From positions 2,048,001 through 2,112,000 of the forward strand of contig CBDIID010000003.1 in the NCBI GenBank assembly GCA_965279515.1: 64,000 nucleotides of DNA, in the 5' to 3' direction. The notes under the pieces are model-generated. The model was not told the DNA's origin and made no database searches. It saw only the letters and a program-made list of their open reading frames with translations. Each line of letters begins with the position of its first letter. Position 1 is the stretch's first letter. Positions 39,713 through 51,981 of the stretch are shown one piece after another. The DNA comes from Turneriella sp. (lineage in GTDB: Bacteria > Spirochaetota > Leptospiria > Turneriellales > Turneriellaceae). Made by a program: the position numbers and the translations under genes.

Positions 39713-40361
39713 GGGATTGTGACTCCGCCTGTTCCGTACGGAACTTTGCGACCAGAATTGAAACAAAAAGCAGGGTGAAAGCCGAAAAACTGAGCCAGAA
39801 AGCCTTTTTCATCACGGGATCGGCAAGACCCGAGCCGCTCTTTTGCACGAACACGGGCCCCGGATGCGAGGCGGTTTTCCAGATGTAAATTGCCGCAATG
39901 ACCAATACGGCATTCATTACCGCCAGCAACGCCAATACCGCACCGATGCGAGCGCCCTTTTCAAAATCCGATACTGTCGCACGCAGCAATAGATAACCAT
40001 TATACATCATCCACATCACAAAGAAAGAAACAAGCCTTTCATCGCCCCAGTTCCAGAATGTCCCCCACACGGGCTTTGCCCAGAGCGGCCCGGTCACCAG
40101 TACCGTCGTCGTAAACGCCCAGCCGGTTTTGATGAAGGCGCGTGCCCACGCATCGTGGCGCATATTACGGCTGCGCAGGTAACGCACGCTCATCACGGCG
40201 CCACCGATGAATGCGATGAAAGAAACCCAGACGAGCGGCACGTGAAAATAGAAAATGCGCTGCACATTGCCCTGCATGGCGTCGGCAGGTGCCTGCAACA
40301 ACGCAATATTCGCCGCCCACGCACTTAATCCGATGGCTGCAGCCAGAAGCAAATAGTACAT
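39696..40361 (-). CDS. ccmC: Cytochrome c maturation heme exporter C
   Basis: RIFYFHVP, WWD motif WAKPVWGTFWNWGDERL, C-terminal HP; ATG 40361. Confidence 0.88.
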   Translation of the reverse strand: MYYLLLAAAIGLSAWAANIALLQAPADAMQGNVQRIFYFHVPLVWVSFIAFIGGAVMSVRYLRSRNMRHDAWARAFIKTGWAFTTTVLVTGPLWAKPVWGTFWNWGDERLVSFFVMWMMYNGYLLLRATVSDFEKGARIGAVLALLAVMNAVLVIAAIYIWKTASHPGPVFVQKSGSGLADPVMKKAFWLSFSAFTLLFVSILVAKFRTEQAESQSHGFNT

Positions 40362-40398
40362 AATCAGGCCTTCACCGCCGCATTGAACCGTACAGCAA

Positions 40399-41439
40399 TT
40401 ACTCGAGCGTGTCGTCTTCGGAGAAAATTGCTGTGATATTAGCCTGCGGAGTGATGTCGAAGCTGTAATTGACCACGGGCACCTTGGGTGCGATGACGCG
40501 GCCGGCAATTTCAAGCACCTCAAGCGGCGATCTTTCTTCGACGATAATCTTATCGCCATTTTCAATCGAGTTGTCGAACGTAGATTTCGGCGCCACGACG
40601 AAAAACGGGATGCGGTGGGCCTTCGCCAGCACCGACAGTGAATAAGTGCCAATCTTGTTCGCCACGTCGCCGTTGGCTGCGATGCGATCTGCCCCGACAA
40701 AAACAGCGTCGATCAGTTTTTTCTGCATCAGGTAGCCGGCCTGTGAGTCGACGGTCAGCGTTACGGGAATTTTCTCTTTCAGTAATTCGAACGCCGTCAA
40801 CCTTGCGCCCTGCAGATACGGCCGTGTCTCGTCGGCATAGACCATATTGATCTTACCCTTTTCATGCAACAGGCGGATAGCCCCCATTGCCGTACCAATG
40901 CCGCCGGTCGCCAGCGACCCCGTATTGCAATGGGTGAGAATATTGTATTTTTCTTTCGGGTATTTTGTGACAAGATATTTCACCGCATTATTAGACATCG
41001 CAAGGCAACGCTCTGCATCGTCATTATGAATCTCGAGTGCTTTCTCGTAGAGCTTCAGAAGCAGCTTCAGATTCGCGTCTTTCGCTTTTGACACGTCGCC
41101 CGCGAAAAACGCCTGCGCAACAGCCAGCATTTCGCGCGTTGCCCACATCAGGTTGACTGCAGTCGGCCGCGAAGCATCGAGTAATTGTTTTTGTTTTTTG
41201 AAGAGGTCGAGCGTGAGCTTTTTATTTTTTTTCGAAGCTTCCCAGCCTGTCAGATACATGCCGTACGCGGCACTGATGCCGATCGCCGGAGCGCCCCGCA
41301 CGACCATCTCTTTGATTGCCCTTGCGACATCGTTGCCATTGTTGCAGGTAACATAGTCGAGCTTATGCGGCAGCAACTTCTGGTTTAAGAGCTGAATCTT
41401 ATCGCGCGCCGTCTTGATAAAAGAAAGATTTGTTTTCAT
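40399..41439 (-). CDS. mtnA: Methylthioribose-1-phosphate isomerase
   Basis: VRGAPAIG, RPTAVNL, THCNTGSLAT, ETRPYLQGARLT, NKIGTY. Confidence 0.95.
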   Translation of the reverse strand: MKTNLSFIKTARDKIQLLNQKLLPHKLDYVTCNNGNDVARAIKEMVVRGAPAIGISAAYGMYLTGWEASKKNKKLTLDLFKKQKQLLDASRPTAVNLMWATREMLAVAQAFFAGDVSKAKDANLKLLLKLYEKALEIHNDDAERCLAMSNNAVKYLVTKYPKEKYNILTHCNTGSLATGGIGTAMGAIRLLHEKGKINMVYADETRPYLQGARLTAFELLKEKIPVTLTVDSQAGYLMQKKLIDAVFVGADRIAANGDVANKIGTYSLSVLAKAHRIPFFVVAPKSTFDNSIENGDKIIVEERSPLEVLEIAGRVIAPKVPVVNYSFDITPQANITAIFSEDDTLE

Positions 41440-41464
41440 ACTTCTCCTGAAAGGGAACGGTGGG

Positions 41465-42997
<1,533 letters not shown>

Positions 42998-43046
42998 TTA
43001 TGGCCAAAACCGGAATTTTTGACAGGGTGTAAAGGAGGCTTGGCCG

Positions 43047-44561
43047 CTATGTCTTGGCTGACATCTTACTCAGCGTTATGGGCAGATAAAAAAAGTCCTG
43101 CCCCAGGAAGCGCAGAATCTTCACATGGTAGAGGTACGAAATCTCGGTTTCGACAAAATGCCCCAGCGTGCGCACGTCATGGATATTGAGGGCACGCAGC
43201 AGGGCCTGGTCGCGTTTGATCTTAACCAGTAGGCGCAGCTGGTGCTCCTGCCATTCGGAGCGTACATTTTCGAGCAGGCGCTCGTAAGCGGAGAAACTAT
43301 TACGGTCTGTGCGGGTCAGCTGTGTATAGACGTTTTCATCCCACCAGTCCTTGAGCACATATTTGACGTATTCAAATGGCAACTCGCGCACCATCTGGTT
43401 GCGTTTGAGATGCCGGTGCACGTAACCGGTGCGGCCAACGCGCATGAAGTGTGTACAGACCTTCACAAAAAACACAGGGCCGAAGTGGTAGAGAAACAGA
43501 TTGTAGTCGGCCTCGGTGAGATTGTGCTGCTGCATGAGCAAGGTATCGCGGGTGAACTGGAAATAACTCATAAGAAATGTACGATACTCGCCCACCCTGT
43601 CTTTGTTGCGCGCCGCCGAAATAAATTTGCGGATAATGTCCTGGCGCAATGCATCGTCTTCAGCACCGAGATGCGTCTCGACGTAAATGCTGCGTTTAAC
43701 CTTGGCCTCTTCTAGCTGAAAACGCGCTTCACTGATTTCCAGGACATGCGCATGCGTCTGGTTGAAATGTTCACTGCCGCGGGTATCAAGAATATAGGGT
43801 GACTTGATCGCGGTGTCCCGGTGCTCCTTGACGGGTTCGGCCACGCGCGTTTTCGCATCGGCCTTCGGCACCGTTGCAAAACTTTCGATGATTCCTGACA
43901 GATCTTCGCGGAAAATCGCCGAATACGTATATTGAATCTGGCTGGTATATTCGCCGCGGATCGTCACCTTGCCGCCGGTGATTTGCTCAGAACTCGCCTT
44001 GAGCAGGTAAGCGAGACGGCGCAACAGCAGGTTTGTCAGGTTACAGAGATCGATGCGCGGATAAACACGGTAAATCAAAACCTGTTCGAGAAAATGTTTC
44101 TCGCCGCTCGGTGGATTAAAAGCCTCGAAAAGGTTGGCGACTTTCCACCAGTGCTCCGTCACCTCCATATTAAATTCTTTTATGACCTCATAAGAACGGA
44201 TCAGCTTGCAGAACTCCATCTTCGGGTCTTCAATATCCGAATCGGCAAAATGGTTATAATACTCGCGCTGCGCTGAAGATTCGAGAGCGCGACTCGCCAG
44301 CTCGCCTTCGACGTGGCCATAGAGGCGCATGATGCCCACCAGCGCCGCGTCGATTTCTTTGATATTTTTATTGATGTCCTTGCGGGTCTCAGGCGGCGCA
44401 GAGGCGAGAAATTTCTGCACATTGTCCGCATTGACAAGATGTGCCTCGAGGCCCTTGAGAAAACCGCCCTTAAAAGGAAGCAGATGCTTCGCGCACTCGA
44501 CGGAATCTGTGGGGCTTACGGCATCGTAATTAAATTCCGGTTGATAAGAAAACGCGCCCAG
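43047..44561 (-). CDS. Hypothetical helical protein; probable CTG start at 44561 (ORF extends to 44678)
   Basis: Long ORF; GGAGGA-TAAC-CTG immediately after the upstream stop. Confidence 0.65.
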   Translation of the reverse strand: MGAFSYQPEFNYDAVSPTDSVECAKHLLPFKGGFLKGLEAHLVNADNVQKFLASAPPETRKDINKNIKEIDAALVGIMRLYGHVEGELASRALESSAQREYYNHFADSDIEDPKMEFCKLIRSYEVIKEFNMEVTEHWWKVANLFEAFNPPSGEKHFLEQVLIYRVYPRIDLCNLTNLLLRRLAYLLKASSEQITGGKVTIRGEYTSQIQYTYSAIFREDLSGIIESFATVPKADAKTRVAEPVKEHRDTAIKSPYILDTRGSEHFNQTHAHVLEISEARFQLEEAKVKRSIYVETHLGAEDDALRQDIIRKFISAARNKDRVGEYRTFLMSYFQFTRDTLLMQQHNLTEADYNLFLYHFGPVFFVKVCTHFMRVGRTGYVHRHLKRNQMVRELPFEYVKYVLKDWWDENVYTQLTRTDRNSFSAYERLLENVRSEWQEHQLRLLVKIKRDQALLRALNIHDVRTLGHFVETEISYLYHVKILRFLGQDFFYLPITLSKMSAKT

Positions 44562-44562
44562 G

Positions 44563-47500
44563 TTATCCTCCGGCGTTGGCGGCAGGCGCACTGTAAACGC
44601 TGGCCTCGTCAGAGATGCGCTGAAAAAATTCCGGAATATTGATACGCCGGTTTTTGATTTCGTCGGGCGAAGCGGCAAGGTAACCGAAGAATTTCTTACT
44701 CATCGGAATATCCGAATAGACGAAACCATCCCTGAAAACAATGTCCATTTTTTTAGGCACGGTCGTGTTCGCGGCCAATGTATTTACAAGGCCCGAACTC
44801 TTTGGCATGACCGCCTTCATTACTGTATCGGCAAATTCAGGCCCGATTCTGAAAATCGAAATATAACCATTGAGGTTTTCGATAGGTTTATCCAGCCTGT
44901 TCCCCGTAAAAAGCATGTCGATTCTGAGCTTGCCATCGGTAATATTTTCTGCCTTTTCCTTAAGCAACAGCGGCTTTAAATCAATATCTTTGATCTGGAT
45001 AGTCGACGAATATTCCATCTCGCTGGGTCGCAGTCTCCCCAAATTGAACAATGTGTCTGAAATGGTGACGACGCCGTTCAACGTATACATCTGCATTACG
45101 GGCATCACGAAGACATTATCTTTGTACTCCATCGATGCACCGACAGCCGGATAGTTGCCGCGGGGATAAACAAGATTGAGCCATTCTTTTTTATTGTTCG
45201 GATCGGGAATATCAATGCCCGCTATAGAAAAATTGTATTCGCGGTTAAAATTATAGTTCTTTATAATGTGCTCTTTGTTCCCTGCGCGGAGATTCAGCGT
45301 CTTTTTCAGCTTTAGGTCGTGCCTGAACGGAAATATCATGTTGACCTTGTTTATGCGTACGTCCTTATTGCGAAAACTGAGATCTTCGATCTTAATTTTT
45401 CCGTTGACGATAGTGTCCTTGGCTGTACCTGCCAGCGAAAAAACACCGACGAGAAAAGTATCATCGAGAATTTCACTTTCTTCTTTTTTAGAAAGCTCAA
45501 TCTTAAACCGCATATCGGGCACCGGAACGGTGACGCGCCGCTCGCGGCCTGTTTTCGGATCGGTCTCGATATCGACCCCCTGCCGAAGCGCACCGTCGAG
45601 AGAAACCAGCAAAGCCTGCCTGAGCCCCGTGATGGTAAACTGGTCGAGGTAAGTTACCGCGGGGGTCAGGCGCGTCTTAGCGTTAATCACGATATCATCC
45701 AAATGGATGTCAGGAAAAGCGACGTGTGTTGTATGAACAACGGCGGTTTCACCACCCGCAATCGTCACCGCCGTTTCGCCGTCGGCCCTCATGGTGCGCC
45801 CCGGGCTTACGGCGGCGATCTGTGTGCCAATCGTCTCTTGGAGCGCCACCGGCATACTCAGAACCAGAGCCTTAAAACCAATCGTCAACGCATCGAGATT
45901 GTAATTCACTTTGATGCCCTGTGTTTTCTCAATCGTCACGCGCGATTTGAGTTCGACCGCAGGGTTATAATCTTTGTCTTTATCGGTAAATGCAATCACC
46001 GGCAGATTGACCGAGATCTGCTTGAAATCCTCGCTACTCTTAACCGCGCCTTTAACATTGAAATCGATGCGATTGACGCCGGATTTACCCCGGTCAACAA
46101 AATAATATAACTGCGGCGAGAATACGCGCAGGGCAATGGCAAGATTTTGGGGAGATTCGCCGATGGCGCTGAAAGTCGTATTGATCTGGCCCTGGGCATT
46201 GCCCGACGCAAAGGGTGTTAAGTCAAAGCCGCGCAGCGAGAAATTCACTGCGGTCTTTTTCTCTTCGAGCGATGCGTCGAGACCGACACCGGCACCGTTG
46301 ATCACACCCTTGAGTTTTGCTTCTGCTTTTTTAATGGGCAGCGGCTTTCTTTTCTGATCGACAAATGCCGCATGATCAAACTCGAGGGTGGGAATCGAAA
46401 TGTTGAGGTTCCCCTTTCGTACCTGAACACGCTCAAGCATAATGCCGCCCCGATCGTCGACCGTATCGCCGCGGATGACAACGGTGGTTGGCTTCACCGA
46501 AAAATACCCCGAATAGGAAGGATCGCGCTGACCCGTCAGGCCCGACACAACCCTGAAAACTTCGCCGAGATTCACACGCGAGGCTCCCGTCTGAATATCG
46601 ATGCTACGGCCCGGCGTTAAAACCTTCTCGCCGCTACCGGTAAGCGTAAGCAACGTATCACCCAGAAATTTGATGATAAAATTCCCGATCTTCAAACGAT
46701 CTTCTTTGGCATTATACTCTATCTTGTGATCGACGAGAAAGGATAGATTCTGGGCAGCACGGCCCGCAAGCGCCACAGGGATTTTATCCTGAGCAAAATG
46801 CATATTGGAAACGAACTCAGGCCGCTTAGACTGGCCGTCGTAAAACAGCCGCCAGAACAGGTCGAGCTTTGTACTAACCCGCGCGGGCGGGCCCTGGAAT
46901 GAGATATCGATCGTCTTTTGCGGATTCAGCTCGATCACCAGCGCGTTTAACAGCGCTACCGCATCCGCAGGGTTCCGCGTATCGATTTTATTGAAATCCC
47001 GCGTCAGCAGCGAGAAGTTGAAGTTAAAATTTTTGAGATGCGCATACTGCCGCACCTTATTCGAAGCATCCTGGGCATCGAGTGTGAAGTTAAAATTCTC
47101 CAGAATAAAGCGGGCGAAAATCTGCACGTCAAAGAACCAGGAAACGACGGAGTTATTTCCCGGCGGGGACTCTGGTTCTTCTTTCTCAGGCTCTCTCTTT
47201 TTGGACGGCTTCATCAGCGCCTGCACGCTCATGATATTTTTTTTCTGGTCGATAAAGACCTCGGCGTCTTTAAATGCAATTTCATGCACGCCGAATTTAC
47301 CGCGAAAAAACCCGTAGACGTTATAAAGAAGATTAATCTCGCGCGCCTTGAGTATGGGCGTCTGTTTGAAGCCCGCGGGCGGGTGCACCACGACATTACG
47401 GAACTTAAAACCACGAAACAGCGAGGCCTCCTCTATTTTGATTTCAATTTTTCCGTTGGTATTCTCGGCAAATTGTTTTACGATCAGCGGCTCCAGAAAG

Positions 47501-47655
47501 GATGGCCGCATCACATAATTATAACCGGCAATGATTGTTATAAATACCGCGAGAAAAAAATATCCGGCTACTTTGCGCGTAATCCGGAAGATTTTTGAGA
47601 TTTTCCCCCGCGGCTGGGTCGTCGCTGTCACCTCGCCGTCGGGAAATTGCTGCAT
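44563..47655 (-). CDS. Large AsmA/TamB-like envelope protein
   Basis: N-terminal TM anchor followed by about 1000 aa of amphipathic beta-strands. Confidence 0.6.
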   Translation of the reverse strand: MQQFPDGEVTATTQPRGKISKIFRITRKVAGYFFLAVFITIIAGYNYVMRPSFLEPLIVKQFAENTNGKIEIKIEEASLFRGFKFRNVVVHPPAGFKQTPILKAREINLLYNVYGFFRGKFGVHEIAFKDAEVFIDQKKNIMSVQALMKPSKKREPEKEEPESPPGNNSVVSWFFDVQIFARFILENFNFTLDAQDASNKVRQYAHLKNFNFNFSLLTRDFNKIDTRNPADAVALLNALVIELNPQKTIDISFQGPPARVSTKLDLFWRLFYDGQSKRPEFVSNMHFAQDKIPVALAGRAAQNLSFLVDHKIEYNAKEDRLKIGNFIIKFLGDTLLTLTGSGEKVLTPGRSIDIQTGASRVNLGEVFRVVSGLTGQRDPSYSGYFSVKPTTVVIRGDTVDDRGGIMLERVQVRKGNLNISIPTLEFDHAAFVDQKRKPLPIKKAEAKLKGVINGAGVGLDASLEEKKTAVNFSLRGFDLTPFASGNAQGQINTTFSAIGESPQNLAIALRVFSPQLYYFVDRGKSGVNRIDFNVKGAVKSSEDFKQISVNLPVIAFTDKDKDYNPAVELKSRVTIEKTQGIKVNYNLDALTIGFKALVLSMPVALQETIGTQIAAVSPGRTMRADGETAVTIAGGETAVVHTTHVAFPDIHLDDIVINAKTRLTPAVTYLDQFTITGLRQALLVSLDGALRQGVDIETDPKTGRERRVTVPVPDMRFKIELSKKEESEILDDTFLVGVFSLAGTAKDTIVNGKIKIEDLSFRNKDVRINKVNMIFPFRHDLKLKKTLNLRAGNKEHIIKNYNFNREYNFSIAGIDIPDPNNKKEWLNLVYPRGNYPAVGASMEYKDNVFVMPVMQMYTLNGVVTISDTLFNLGRLRPSEMEYSSTIQIKDIDLKPLLLKEKAENITDGKLRIDMLFTGNRLDKPIENLNGYISIFRIGPEFADTVMKAVMPKSSGLVNTLAANTTVPKKMDIVFRDGFVYSDIPMSKKFFGYLAASPDEIKNRRINIPEFFQRISDEASVYSAPAANAGG

Positions 47656-47815
47656 CGTACCGGTTGCCTCAGTGGTTCAGGAACTCTCGGCAAGCTGCGT
47701 TGACGGGGCAGAGGCTAAAAGCGCGAAAAGCCCCGAAAAAAACCACGATTCCGGATTTTTGATGCTGGCTCTTCTTTGATCTGCCGTTCATAAAGATACG
47801 AAGGCTTATATCGTT

Positions 47816-48373
47816 ATGATCGCCTGTAAAGCACGATTCCTCTTCTTCTGCCTGGCCTTTTGGGCTGCGGGCGGAGCTATCGCTGCGCAGGATTATCTGA
47901 TTCCGCCACTCTATGAATTCGACAACCGGGTTCAGGATTACACGCAGAGGCACCTGAGCGACAATGTGCGCTTTCTGCTGTTTCGCTCAGAATTCAGCGT
48001 GCTACAGACGGGTTATGCAAGCAACTCGGGTAACCTGACAAACATCCAGATCAGTTCTGACTTCGCGCAGATGGCTAAGCTGGGCGCGACAGGGCTCATG
48101 CCCGATGGCATCGACCGCGATCTATACAACGCTGAACGTTTTACAGTACGCCTTTACGAGAGCATGGCCCGGCGCTGGGAGAGACTCAACCCGATTCCCG
48201 GGCTCTATTATGACGTGATTATCCGCAGTGCAGCGTACCCGTTTATCTTCATGGAATCCCTCGACCGCTATGCGTTCGATTTCGGCACTTTTCCGTTCAC
48301 GGACGACCTGAAATTCCGGCAGACAAATCTCTACCAACGCCAGTTCGCCTTCGGCTTCAGGATTATTTTTTAG
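47816..48373 (+). CDS. Hypothetical exported / outer-membrane protein
   Basis: Signal peptide (AIAA-Q); C-terminal FAFGFRIIF resembles a beta-signal. Confidence 0.6.
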   Translation: MIACKARFLFFCLAFWAAGGAIAAQDYLIPPLYEFDNRVQDYTQRHLSDNVRFLLFRSEFSVLQTGYASNSGNLTNIQISSDFAQMAKLGATGLMPDGIDRDLYNAERFTVRLYESMARRWERLNPIPGLYYDVIIRSAAYPFIFMESLDRYAFDFGTFPFTDDLKFRQTNLYQRQFAFGFRIIF

Positions 48374-49330
48374 TTAGAAGCTCAGTAAGTCGAGGGCAAA
48401 ACCGCAGGCGCCGGCTTCGACGTTGGCGTAACGTTTTACCAGGTCGTTGTACACGCCGCCGCGCACCATCGGCTCGGTAAAACCTGGCACAAAGGTTTCG
48501 AAATAAATGCCGGTATAATAGCTGCTGCGCGGTTCACAGAGCGGCTGCCAGAATGCTTCGAGTTTTTCTTTTTCGAGGCCAGCGACGATGCCATGCACTG
48601 CATCGGCCACAACATTGAGTATGGCGCGGATTTCCTCTGGTAACGATTTTACCGCCGCAGGGATCTCTTGCCCCGCCGCGGGATAAAATAACCACAGCGC
48701 GAGTTTTTCAGCATCACTTTGGGGAACGCCCAGCTTTTCGGCGAGAAAGCCGCTCAGAAACGGCACATCGCGGCGCCGTTCTCCATCCAGATAGTCTTTT
48801 CCCCCCAGTCGGGCAAAGGCATTGTGCAACCGGACATCACCGATCTGTGTCGCAGATCTCAGGCCAAAAACATCGCTGAGAATTTTACGGCTGATGCGAA
48901 TGAGCTCAGGCAGGGCGTCATCCGCCTTATGCCCTACAACCTCGCAGCCGATCTGGTAAATTTCGCGCGGCAACGGATAGTTTTTACGCACGTCTTTGTA
49001 GACAGGTGCCGCGTAGAAAAATTTGCGCAGGTTCTGGCCTGCCCTGTTCTCAATCTGCCGCACATAGCCTTTAATCACTTGCGCCGTGATATCATTGCGC
49101 AGGGCGAGGCGCTCACCGCTGTTGTCCTTCATGCTGAACATTTCGCTGTGCGTACCCTCGGCGAAGGTTTCGGGAAAATCCACCATCGCCGGCATAATGC
49201 GCTCGAAACCCTGCGCACGCAGAATATCCTGCGCGGCGCGCGACGCCTTTTCGAGCGCTGCCGTCGCTTCGACGTCGTACATACTGAAGCCATAAGGCGA
49301 TGAAACTTTGCGGTAGGCTTCGGTGCTCAT
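48374..49330 (-). CDS. hisZ: ATP phosphoribosyltransferase regulatory subunit
   Basis: HisRS-like LRNDITAQ, REIYQIGCE, YYTG, GGVYNDL, GFAL; no anticodon-binding domain. Confidence 0.82.
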   Translation of the reverse strand: MSTEAYRKVSSPYGFSMYDVEATAALEKASRAAQDILRAQGFERIMPAMVDFPETFAEGTHSEMFSMKDNSGERLALRNDITAQVIKGYVRQIENRAGQNLRKFFYAAPVYKDVRKNYPLPREIYQIGCEVVGHKADDALPELIRISRKILSDVFGLRSATQIGDVRLHNAFARLGGKDYLDGERRRDVPFLSGFLAEKLGVPQSDAEKLALWLFYPAAGQEIPAAVKSLPEEIRAILNVVADAVHGIVAGLEKEKLEAFWQPLCEPRSSYYTGIYFETFVPGFTEPMVRGGVYNDLVKRYANVEAGACGFALDLLSF

Positions 49331-51426
49331 GTCAGTTCCTCGAGGGCAATCAGGTTGCGCACCGCCGAGAGCGTATGGTTGAGTAGTGCCAACCGGTTAT
49401 TGCGGATTTTTGCATCCTCATGGTTCACCATGACCTTATTAAAGAAGGCATCGACCGTCGGCTTACCCGCGGCAAATTCTGCAAAAATCGCGCCGTAATC
49501 GCGCGCCGGTTTTTCAACGAGCGCGTGCAGCCTGGCAGCGAATTCAAAGAGAGTTTTTTCTTCCGGTTCCGCAAAAAGGCCGGTATCGACTTTGAGCGCA
49601 TCTTTCGCTTCAGAAGCAATATTTGCCATCCGCTTGAAAGCTGTAAGCAGGGCATCAAAACCAGCGCGATCTTTTTCGGCGATGCTTTTCAGCGCCGAGG
49701 CCCGGGTAAAGAGATCGTAGGCATCGTCTGATCCCGAGAAAATCGCGGCGCGCGTGAGTTTCTTATCAAAACCCTCGCCCTCGAAGATGGTGACAAGGCG
49801 CGCCTTGAGAAACTGCAGAATCTTCGCCGTATTCTCTTTAATTTCTGCTTCGGATAATTTCCTGTATTCTGTATAGATTTTGAGCGAAGCCGAGATCAGG
49901 CTTTCCAGCGAAAGACTGATCTTTTCAGCGACCAGAATCTGAATGACGTAAAGGCTCTGCCTGCGGATAGCAAACGGGTCGGCGCTTGCTGTCGGTTCCT
50001 TGCCGAGCACGAATGCCGCGAGCATGTTATCCCACTTGTCGGCGAGCGACATGAGGGCGCCGAGGCGGGTCTTCGGCAAATCGTCACCCTGGAAGCGCGG
50101 CAAATAATGCTCGTGAATCGCCGTACAGATGTCATCAGCAACGCCACCGCGCTTTGCATACACTGCACCGATCTCACCCTGAAGGTGATCGAACTCGAAG
50201 ACCAGCGCCGTCGTGAGGTCGGCCTTAATAAGGCGCGCCGCTTCTTGCAACGTCGCTGCCGGCACTGTCTTGCCGCCAAAGAGGCCGGCAAACGCGGCGA
50301 TGCGGTCGACCTTCTCGCGGTAGGTGCCGAGGCCCTCGTGAAAAACAATCTGCTTCAGGTCGTCGACACGTTCGATCAGCGGCCGCTTCAAATCTTCATC
50401 GTAGAAAAACGCGCCGTCTGAAAGCCGCGAGCGCAGCACACGTTCGTTGCCTTCGCGGATATTCTTCACCGCCGCTGCACCCGAGATGTCTGCATTCGTC
50501 ACAACCAGGAATGTATTGCTGAGTTTTCCATCTGAAGTACGCAGACCAAAATAACGTTGGTGCTGGTTCATTTCAGAAAGAATAACACCATCGGGTAACC
50601 GCAGGTTATCGGCGCTGAAAGAGCCGACCACGATGCCAGGGCGCTCGACGAGATAATTCACTTCGTCGAGCAGCGCGCTGTTTTCAACGAGGGCAAGTTT
50701 TTCTTTCGCTGCAGCGTCCCTCAGCAGCCCCAGGATTTTTTCACGGCGCGTGCGCGGTTCAACGTAAATCTGGTGCGTCGCCAGTGTTTCGGCATAGGCA
50801 GAGGCGGCTTTAAGGGGAATCGCTTCCTTATCCAAAATAAAATGCCCGCGCACAGGGCGCTTTGGCACAAACTCAAGCACGGTATCTTTGAGCGCCGTCG
50901 CATCTAAATCCCACTCGGTATTGCCGTATTTCAGGTAATAACCGGCGATCGGCCGCGCGTACACGGTCGGCAAATCGCCCCAGCGCATCGAGCGCGGAAA
51001 ACGGTAACCCGACACGAGATCGTGCAGGAGCTTGGGTAAAACTTCGCGCAGCGATTTACCGGTGCGCGTCACAGTCGCCGTAGCATAGGCACCCTTGCCC
51101 GCATCTTTGAATTCAATCTTCTCGGGCGCAATACCCGCCTTCTTCGCAAAACCGATCAGCGCGGGGGATGGTTTACCGTCGGGGCCGATGGCGACACTTT
51201 GTGCAGGCCCCTGCAGGGTTTCGGTGACATCTTCGCCGCGCTCAGCAATACCCGCCACCGTGAAAGCGATACGGCGCGCAGTGGCAAAAATTTTTACTTC
51301 TTTATAAGATAACGCTGTTGATTTGAGAAGCTGCGGCAACCGCTTTTCCCAATCGGCAAAGAGGTTTTTCTGGTACGCTGCGGGTATCTCTTCAGTGGCG
51401 AGTTCAAAAAGAAGGGTATCTTCCAC
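49327..51426 (-). CDS. glyS: Glycine--tRNA ligase beta subunit
   Basis: ELATEEIP, SMRWG, GNERVLRSRLSD, EHYLP, ADPFAIRR, NNRLALL. Confidence 0.96.
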   Translation of the reverse strand: MEDTLLFELATEEIPAAYQKNLFADWEKRLPQLLKSTALSYKEVKIFATARRIAFTVAGIAERGEDVTETLQGPAQSVAIGPDGKPSPALIGFAKKAGIAPEKIEFKDAGKGAYATATVTRTGKSLREVLPKLLHDLVSGYRFPRSMRWGDLPTVYARPIAGYYLKYGNTEWDLDATALKDTVLEFVPKRPVRGHFILDKEAIPLKAASAYAETLATHQIYVEPRTRREKILGLLRDAAAKEKLALVENSALLDEVNYLVERPGIVVGSFSADNLRLPDGVILSEMNQHQRYFGLRTSDGKLSNTFLVVTNADISGAAAVKNIREGNERVLRSRLSDGAFFYDEDLKRPLIERVDDLKQIVFHEGLGTYREKVDRIAAFAGLFGGKTVPAATLQEAARLIKADLTTALVFEFDHLQGEIGAVYAKRGGVADDICTAIHEHYLPRFQGDDLPKTRLGALMSLADKWDNMLAAFVLGKEPTASADPFAIRRQSLYVIQILVAEKISLSLESLISASLKIYTEYRKLSEAEIKENTAKILQFLKARLVTIFEGEGFDKKLTRAAIFSGSDDAYDLFTRASALKSIAEKDRAGFDALLTAFKRMANIASEAKDALKVDTGLFAEPEEKTLFEFAARLHALVEKPARDYGAIFAEFAAGKPTVDAFFNKVMVNHEDAKIRNNRLALLNHTLSAVRNLIALEELT

Positions 51427-51475
51427 CTAAGCAAAACGGCCTTTCCAGACGACGCGTAAAGTCGAAACATGCCGC

Positions 51476-51865
51476 ATGCCAGATACAGCCAACGTTGCCG
51501 GTAAATCAGAAGGCGCGAAGTACAGGGTGCGCATCGCCGCCGGCAAAAACGAAGTCATCGCCGACGAACCCGTCGAAAAGGGCGGTGGCGATACCGGCAT
51601 GTCACCCTACCAGTTGCTGCTGTCGTCTCTTGCCGCCTGCACCGCCATCACGGTGCGGATGTACGCTGAGCGCAAGGGCTGGGATACCGGAGAAATCGCT
51701 GTCGACGTGGCCTTTGAAACGGAAAAGGGCGACACCAAAATTACCAGAAAACTGACCTTCGGCAAAACCCTCGGCGACGCTGAACACGAACGGCTGATCG
51801 CTGTCGCCAATGCCTGCCCGGTTCATAAAATTCTGACCGGTAAAATCGCGGTTTCCACGAGTTAA
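51476..51865 (+). CDS. OsmC/Ohr family protein
   Basis: ADEPVEKGGGDTG, LAACTAIT, ACPVHK. Confidence 0.9.
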   Translation: MPDTANVAGKSEGAKYRVRIAAGKNEVIADEPVEKGGGDTGMSPYQLLLSSLAACTAITVRMYAERKGWDTGEIAVDVAFETEKGDTKITRKLTFGKTLGDAEHERLIAVANACPVHKILTGKIAVSTS

Positions 51866-51981
51866 AATTCCCGCGTCCGATCCCAGGTTTTCAAACGTAA
51901 TTTATAGGTTGCAGCCCATGTTTATTCCGATAAACCTGCACCAGTTTGGGAAACCCAAATAATATCACAGGAGACACACTA

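Noticed and set aside
40362..40700. Apparent long ccmC N-terminus or mtnA-ccmC fusion
   Set aside because: Out-of-frame overlap with mtnA; ATG 40361 gives a normal CcmC.
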